Shown: one piece after another, positions 25,761 to 34,700 of the stretch
Layout of the letters: every line of letters begins with the position of its first letter
Position numbering within the stretch: the stretch's first letter is position 1
Assembly: GCA_043818055.1 (NCBI GenBank)
Contig: JBDRGF010000003.1
Location: 1 to 56,564 of the forward strand
DNA from: Pseudomonadota bacterium
Lineage (GTDB): Bacteria > UBA10199 > 2-02-FULL-44-16 > JBDRGF01
Length of the DNA stretch: 56,564 nucleotides
Direction: 5' to 3'
Notes under the pieces: model-generated
What the model was told of the DNA's origin: nothing
Database searches by the model: none
The model's input: the letters and a program-made list of their open reading frames with translations, nothing else
Program-made: the position numbers and the translations under genes

Positions 25761-28700
25761 AGATAAATGTCGTCGTGACATTCGAGACGCTCTTTGAGAT
25801 GCGGCGGCCAAGGGCATCGTACTGATAGCTGGCTACTTGTTGATCGGTTGCTTTATCCTTCACTTCGATGAGATAATTTCTGTAATCGTATGTGTATTTG
25901 AACCGATCATCATCCTTCATGTTGCCGTTCACATCGTAGTGATAATCTTTCTGTTCGGCGGTTTCAGTTGTGACCGCCGTCAAATAGGCATTCATATCAT
26001 TAGATATGAATGTGGTAGTGAGCTTCTTTGTCGGATCCTGAGAATCGAGGCGCTTCGTCTTTGTGACCCAGTTGTGGAGCGAATCCATGGCGAAGGCCTC
26101 GCTTGTGCTGTACGTGCCTGATTGTGGATTGGAAAAATTCGTCTTCGGGACGCTCAAATCATACGCAACCTGAGTCAATCTTGATAAGCTGTCGTATGAA
26201 TAAGCGTTCCCTTTATTCGCATTGTGTACAAAATCATCATATAGCCTGTTGTCAGCTTTATCATATGCGGATTCAAATCCGGCGATGATCGATTGATCAG
26301 CAAATTGATTGATATGCTTGATCGTGCGTTTTAGTTTATCATATTCTTTCGTAACCGATGTGCCGTTCAAATATTCCATCTTGCCGACCTGCCCCCTGTT
26401 TATCCATGTCATCTGTGAAAGTTTTCCGATCTTCGTGTCATCTATGTTTGTCACCCTGTCGATGGTGTCGTGCGTGAAATTCAAAACCTTGCCTGATGGA
26501 TATGTGAGCCTCTCCCGCCTCCCTTTGATATCGTACTTGCTTGTCACACTCTTTCCATTTTGCTCCTCTTTCAGGAGATTCCCAAGGGAGTCATATGTCT
26601 GCAAGACCGTAGAGATCGTTTGATCTGAATCGTCCATATTCACGGCTTTGACCATGTTGCCGACGCCGTTATATTCAAAAAGCTCGCTGCCGATATAAGT
26701 GCTCCCCAGTTCGATTCTCTTTTGCGTCAGATAATTTGAACTATCATAGACAAAATTGACAATAAATCCAGCCGGATCTTGAGTTTCTATCACATTGGAA
26801 TTTCTGTCATATTTGCTTTGATATGCCGATCCATCCGCCATAATAGTCTTGATGCGCCTGTTCAAAGCGTCATATGTGAATTCGGTTGTATGGTTCTTAG
26901 CGTCTGTGATTGATGCAAGACGGGAATTTGTATCCCACGCATATTTTGTCACTATTTCACCTGTTTTGCTGCCGCTGCCTGCTCCATTATCAGTGAGCTC
27001 CTGAATTTGCTGAATCAAGCGGCCTAAACCATCATATGAGAATCGTGTGATGTTGCCCTCCCCCTGATTTGGGCCTAAATCGACTCCCAGTGTATCATTT
27101 GAATCGCTCGTATAAAGAAGGTTTCCGCGGCTGTCGTAGCGATGCTGCTTCATATGACCCAAGTTATCCGTTAATGTGACAGGGTGATTGAGGGAATCAT
27201 ATATAATGGAGGATGCATATTCAACTTTGGTGTTTGTGATATCATCGACCTCCCGGCTGATCTGCTTTGAAATATTGCCGTTGTCATCGTATGTCGTTTC
27301 GATTTCGTTACCCTTGGGATCGATAGATTTTGTCACTCTGTCTAAACCGTCGTAGGTATAGGTTGTGGAATTTCCAAGGGCATCTACTAGTTTTGATATC
27401 TGATTATTGCCGCTATATTCGTACTTGGTCGTGCGTTTGCCTGTGAGCGTTCCAGCATCGAGAACAGCCTCCTCCTTCTGTACCAATCTGCCAATTTCAT
27501 CGTAGAGCAAGCTAATATTTTGCAAGGAGACCTCTGTGCTCGATTGACCATCGGGTTTGCCCTTTTTGAGAATAGCTGTTCTATCGCCACGATCATTGTA
27601 GGAGTACTCTGTTTTACTGCCTGAAGCGTCGATCTCCTGTATCAATCTGTCGAATCCGTCATAGATGTACTTAGCCTCATTTCCCTCGCCATCTTCGATG
27701 GCGATTCGGTTTTTGTTGCCGTCATAAGCAATCGTGAAAGTCGAGGCGTCCTGAGAGCCGAATCCATGCGTTGTCTGGTAGGGCAGATCCCTTTCATCAT
27801 ATTTTATAGCGATCGAATTTCCTTCCGGCTGTATGATGCGGGTCAGGTTCTCGTTGGCATCGTAGCGATATTCTGTGAGCACATTTTTATTTTGGGCTAC
27901 CTCCTGAGTGCGTGCGGTTAATCGGTTCAGCATATCATATTTGAGTTGCGTTGTTATTGTGGGATTCCCGTCAATCGGATTGCCTTTATCGTCCAAATTA
28001 GGTTCGTCGATCTGAATTGGGTTGTCATTGCCGTCGTATTTGATGGTGCGCACAATGTTAAATGTAGAGGGCATCTTTTCAGCAACTACCTGATTCAATG
28101 GATTGATCGTATATTCATATCGATTGCTATTTCCATCGACGAAGGCTGTGATGTTTCCAACGGAATCATGCTCATAGAGATTTACAACATTTTCCTTTCC
28201 TGCTCCCTGAATCACTTTTGCCAGATATCCACTGTTATCGTACTGATATTCATCGCGTGAACTATCCGGATCTTCTTTCACCGTTCTTTGTCCGAATTGA
28301 TTGTATTGATAGCGATAGCTCAAAAGCTCCACAGTGCCATCGGCGCGAGTGATAGCAGGAAGATCTTTGCGCAACATATTCCCTGCGATCTGATTTGTCT
28401 TTTGGTCATCGTTGATATCGCCCATGCTTATCGTCAATCCTGTTAGCAGCGTTTGAGCGATGTTTTCGGTTACACCCATTTTTGCGGCCAAAATAGCAAC
28501 TGTCGAATTTTCCTGATAATCGAAATGGAACGTTGAAGTTGCATTTCCTGGCTCTGTGATCTCCTTAATCTGATTATAAACCGGTTCATAGGCGTATTTC
28601 GTGATTAAAGGAGAACCACCTCTGACAGAGTCTGGTATTTTCCTCTCTTCAATTCGATTTGCGACATAGAGCTTATCTACCGCGGGCTCACCTGTATTCA

Positions 28701-31700
28701 TATTTTGATAGCGATACTCCGTGCGATTTCCCTCTGGTTTAGTTTCCGAGGTCACTAAACCATCCAAATTATACGTATATGAAGTAACAAAGCTTGCCGG
28801 ATCGTCAAAGCGCATTCCCCGAGTAAACTCAGTTACCTTGAGAGGATTGCCCTGACAGTTAAAACTTAGTCCTTTTTGATTGCCATTGCGATCGATCACA
28901 GTTGTACGGCTCACCTCCATGGATGGATCGGATTCTGGCGTACAGGTGTAAAATTCGCGCTTTCTATAATATGTGAAATCAAAAGCCTTGCTTCCCAAAT
29001 ATTGCTTCACCACGCGATCGGTCGAGCTGTATTCGTTCTTGAGATATGTCTGGCCAGCCGGATCTGTGACGGTGAGCAGGTTATGTTCATCTGAATATTT
29101 GTATCGGGTAATTTTACCATCGGGATAGCCATCGACTATCGGCGAATGAACAGCGATCAGATCGCCTTTATCGTTATAATCAAAACGCACCGTGCGACCT
29201 GAAAAATCGATGATGCTGGTAAGCTTGCCGGGCGCATTATATTGATAATCGATAACTCTTCCAAGGCTATCCGTTACGCTGTCCAAAACCGTCTCATCAC
29301 CTACTTTTGTATATTGAAAGGTCAATTGGTTCTGGTTTCTGTCTTTAATAGATGAAATGAAGCCATCTGTGCGATATTCGTAGATCGTACCATGCGAATC
29401 TCTTATTTGATAGGTGCCATCATCCCTTTTGATCAGACGATCGAATCTTCCCGCTGGCGCTACATATCGATTTGCTTTGAGTGTATAATCGTCATATCTG
29501 GCATCGCCATCGAATCTGCGAATTTTGAGTCCTGCATCCATCTCTACGAGTCGCATGTTGTAATTGTGATCCCAACCATATCCCAATGGACCATCGTAAT
29601 CGAGGCGACTGCGGTATGTTCGTTTGAATTCATAATCGATACCGCGTCCCGGTATTTTTAGATCAGTCGCAACCTGCAACAGATCGCCGCTGAATAGCAT
29701 CACCGGATCGGCGACGGTATTGTTCGCTGTAATATTTTGCATCGCCCCCTGGACTAGTGCTATCGGCGTATCATCCTGTTGATTGAAGCCCAGAGGCATG
29801 TTTATCGTCGTAGGAGGTGGAGGTGTACTACCTCTTCCAGTAAAGGTATCTTCCGATGAAGATAAATGAAATGGTTCAAAGGTTCTGTTTACAGGGTTAG
29901 CCGCAACAACGGGAGAGCTGACCGGTAAACCTATATTTGTAAAAGATGTTCCTCCAGCTATATCGGAGGTCACAGAATTTCCATAAACATCATTATAGCT
30001 CGGAAACTGATTAGATGAATTCAGAGGATTGGTGTTGATAGGTGAAAAACTTGATGATGAGCTCATAGAAATATCAAAACCTAATCCGTAACCATTACTT
30101 GCACCGCCATCCAAGGCACCACTACTGCCGTCACCATTTCCAGAGGTACCCGTGTAATTATTGCCAAATCCACCTCCGGAATATCTACTGCCAAGCTTAG
30201 CATTGTAGAGGCTATTTCCTCCATCTGTGCTCACAAATGTTCCACCATTGCCTATGCTGATGCAAAGTCTGTTGCTCATGCAACCGTTATTGCCGACCTC
30301 TCCGGTTTCAATCGGCTGTCCATGGCTCGGGGTTGTGCCTGAATTGATCCCAATCCGTCCTCTCCAACCTTGATCGTCATCTATATCCGGTGATGACCCC
30401 GTATATGAGAAGCTCACTACATACGCGTCGCTTCCACCCGAAGCAAACTCTTGTGAAAGCATTCCACCTGCGGCAACAAGCCCTACATATAGACCTGCCG
30501 ATGGATTTCCCGTTATTACAGCAGTGAGAGTTCCAGTAACTACACCGATAACGACCTTGAGGATCTTTTTCGCTATACTTCCCATTCCCATATACTCTTC
30601 ATTGCAAAGAGCGTTGTTGCGCGCAAATATGTAGTGATTTATGCCATCTTCCATCGGATCGCGTGTTATGAAGCGGCCTGTTTTAGCATCATAGTAGCGG
30701 GCACCGTAATAGAAGAGGCCAGTTTCATTGTCATATTCCTTCGAATTAAAGAGATATTTGTTTTTGGTCAATCCAAGTCGGAAATTGACATTGCCGAATG
30801 GATCGTAACGGAGAGTTTCTGTAACTCTTCCCTTGTCATCCGTTGTATGAATGAGGTTGGCCATTTCATCTAGATGATTGAACTGAAATTCCTCGTTCTC
30901 AAACGCTGCGATCCTCCGTCCGCCAAGATAGATAAAGAGCCTTTCAATTTCACCCTTTCCATTGAATTCGACCATGGGCTCTGTGGATTTTCCATAGATA
31001 TAATATTGTTTCGTCTTCCCGTTGACTTTCTTTTCCGTTCTACGTGAGGCGTAATCATATGTGAATTCCAGATTCAGATTTGAGTTCTTTTCATCCTTCA
31101 ATGTTGTCTTGGTCAAGCGATCCTGAAAATCATACTCAAAGGTTTTGTGAAATGATTCTTTTCCGGCTTTTTTCTCCACTTCATCGATGAGGTTCCCGCG
31201 AATATCATATTTTTGGGATCTCTCTACTTGAGATCCAACCCTGACCTTTGTCATCATGCCAGTTGTATATTCATATTGTTCATTTTTGTATGCGTCCGAA
31301 TACGATATTCTGTTTCCATCTCCATCATAAGAATATGATTGTATATTGTATGGAGTATTTTCCTCCGGTCGAAAATATCTTGCCTCTATCAATTGCTTTA
31401 GCCCATCATATTTGAATTCAACCTTTGAGCCGTCCAGATAAGTCATTGAACTCTTGTTCCCCCACATGTCATATGTGTAGGTCAATTGATTTATAATCTC
31501 GTTCTCTCGCGCAATTTGTATTTCAATTACCTTTCCAAATGAATCGTATGTGTAGCTGTTCACTATTCCGTTGCCGTATTTTATTTTCTGCAGATTTCCT
31601 GAATCGTCATAGCCGATTTCAGCAATGAGTTTCCCTTGAGTAGATCCCATTCGGATTTCACTGACGCGGCCATGATCATCGGTCAGGTAATAAACTATAG

Positions 31701-34700
31701 TACCATCGGGATAGCCGATCCAATATGTTGTTCCGAAGCCGTCTTCACCATACTGGATGGAATCGGATAATTCAGTCCCCGGAATATCCTGAGATATTTT
31801 ATTCAAAATTCCATCTGGAGAATATTTAAACTCTGTACGGCCAAAGGCATCTATGATTGCGGAAACATGTTGATCCGCATATTCAACCTTGTAATCATTA
31901 AGCTCTCCACCACCGATTCCCGGATAATCAACATTGGTCAAACGATGATCTGTATCGTAGTTAAATTTGGCAGTAACAGAACCCAATACTGAGTCTTGCA
32001 AAACGAGACTATCCAGCAAACCATTCTCATTTGAAATATTGTTCATTTCGACTTTATCGCCGTTAGGATAAACTCTTCCTTTTAATCTCTGATAATGGTC
32101 ATAGGTATTTTTAGTAATCATTCCTTCTGGAGATTTGATCTTGATGAGATTCTCAAATTCATCAAACTGATAGTCGGTTGTCACAGGACTTAAATTTCCA
32201 CCCGGATATTGAACTGAACGGATCACCTTATCCTTGGCATCGCGATAGTGTGTGGCATATAATTGACCATTATAGAGGATATCGAGCTTATGGACGAAGC
32301 TGTTATTCAAAGTGGTTGGTTCATATGAATAGGTGACATCCTTACCACCAGGATAGGTTATAGATCTTACACGATCCAGACCATCATATTTAAAATTATA
32401 ACGCTTCTCACCCGGAAAGACTATGGTTGTTGCCATTTTATTCTGTCCGTACGAGTAGCGTGTCTCATTCTCACCCTTCTTCAGGAGAGTTAATCGGTTT
32501 ATTCCATCGAAATACCTTGTTGTAATACGATGTTGATTGCGAGCTGAATCAAATATATCGGTAGAGATTTTATTTTCCTGAGTTGAGTTGTCCAATCGGT
32601 ATCTCTCACCATATTGATGTGCAACATATGAATTATTGGGATAATCAACCCGAGTCAACTGACCGACATCATTGTATTTATAGTTAATCGTTCTACCATC
32701 CTGATCAGCAATGCTAATGAGCTTGCCTATGTTCTCATCATATGTGAGAGTTGTCTCTCCGGATTCATTCTTTATTTTATGCAGGAATGTTCCTTTATAA
32801 TATTCAAATTCATCCTTAGAATTATCGAGATTTGTTTCCTTGACGATATTTCCATCCGCATCAAAACAATATTCCTTGATGATCTCCTCATCCTGCGCAT
32901 TTAGACGAACGCTGATTCTATTTATTTTTCGCTTTGAAAGCGCTGCACCTGAACATATATCTGCACCAGTGCTGTGATAGATGATCTCTATTGTATCTTT
33001 TCCTCCATCTGCATTTCTTTTTGTTCTCGTTACTTTACGAACTATCTGTTTGAGACTATCTGCAAGGATGGGATCTTTGATTCCCTGGGCATCATCATAT
33101 TTGAATGTTATTATGTTCCCAAGCTCGTCAGTGTAGGAGGATACCCTTCCACTATCATCGTATGTATAACTTTTTTCGAAACTCACTCCTTTTTCTGTTG
33201 TTATCACCTTTTCCAATCCATCTACGACCTCCCTGCCATCCCTTTTCGATATCTTCCATGTATAATCATCGACAACTGCATTTGCCTGGCCGGGGTTGAG
33301 CTCCCTTCGTATGAGAAGCGGGATTTTATCGAAGTGATTGACGGAAAAGATGATACTATACTTCATGTGTTGCATCACTTTCTCAAAATCGCTCAATTCA
33401 TTGGAAAGTTTTATTATTTTATGAATATACTTATAGACAGAACCATCACTCTTATAAATCTTTGTTACAATTCCTTCATTCTCAGAGCGATCAATCGTGA
33501 TATATTTTTGATAGTAAATTGAAGCATCCCTATCATCGGGAAACTCTGTCGTCAGGATTTCACTATGAGCGATATCGCCATAGCCTTTGACTGCCTCATA
33601 TCGCATGACGCCGCCGCTTGGATATCGGATTTCCACAAAGGTGTCTGGAACCTTTTGATTGAAATTCCAGTGCCGGACAAGTGGCAGGTTTGATTCGGCA
33701 GGCGAATACCTGATCGTGGTTTCGCGGCCCGCAGGGTCGATTATTTTACCGATTCGATTAGCGCTGCTATAATGATACCCCCACTTCTTGTTATTGGGCA
33801 TTTGAAGATAGACGATGTTGTTCGGGTCAAAGCTCATATCAATATTGCGATCCACAGTGTCTTTTATGCGCATCCAATAATCCTTTTGATATGAGTTTAA
33901 TGAATGATCATATGTGATCGAATGATCATGTTCATCCCTCTCTTCCGATAACATGTAGAGGCTGATATCCCAATGAGGGATGTGGTCGATGCGGTTTTTG
34001 TAAAAATAAATTCCATATTTAGTATATATCGAGCAACATTTAGGGCCTGCTCCACCATTCGGGCATTTACAGCCCATGCCGGATTCACAAGATCCATCGC
34101 TGCACCCATCTATAACATCTATATATTTTGTCATCAATTGTGAGTAGATGGTGTATTTTTTAAAGCGATTAAAAATATACTTTCCCCCGTCGATTTCGTT
34201 CAAGATTAGACGATCAAGATTTAATTTATGCGCGTCATTATAGACAAGAGAGACAGGAAACGCTGATTTTATAAGCTCTACCGTTCCTGTGATACCGATG
34301 CCTTTTTTCAAATTTTCTTGGGCGAAAGCATTCGTGCTGAAAAAATCATCTGCTGTTTGCATTGGTGTGTCGACTCTGTCATTTCCAGAATAAAACTCCA
34401 GGGCTCTTTGATTATAACCATCTGTATAGCCCATTCGACGGCCTGTTTTATCAAAGACATCGTAGCTTCCATCTGCTTTTAAAAGGAACACCATCATCTC
34501 AGTCGGATTTTCAACGTCCATTCGTGAAAAGGGCATGACATTGCGAAAGACAACGGCTGCAACGTATTTGCCACCTGCGAATATCCAAGTATCATTGGGA
34601 GGTGTCCATACCAGGTTATCGCCATTTGATTTGATCGCTCCAAGAGGATAGATTTCTTCTTTAAAATTCATTTCCTGAGGAGTGCCGAGAAAATACTCCT

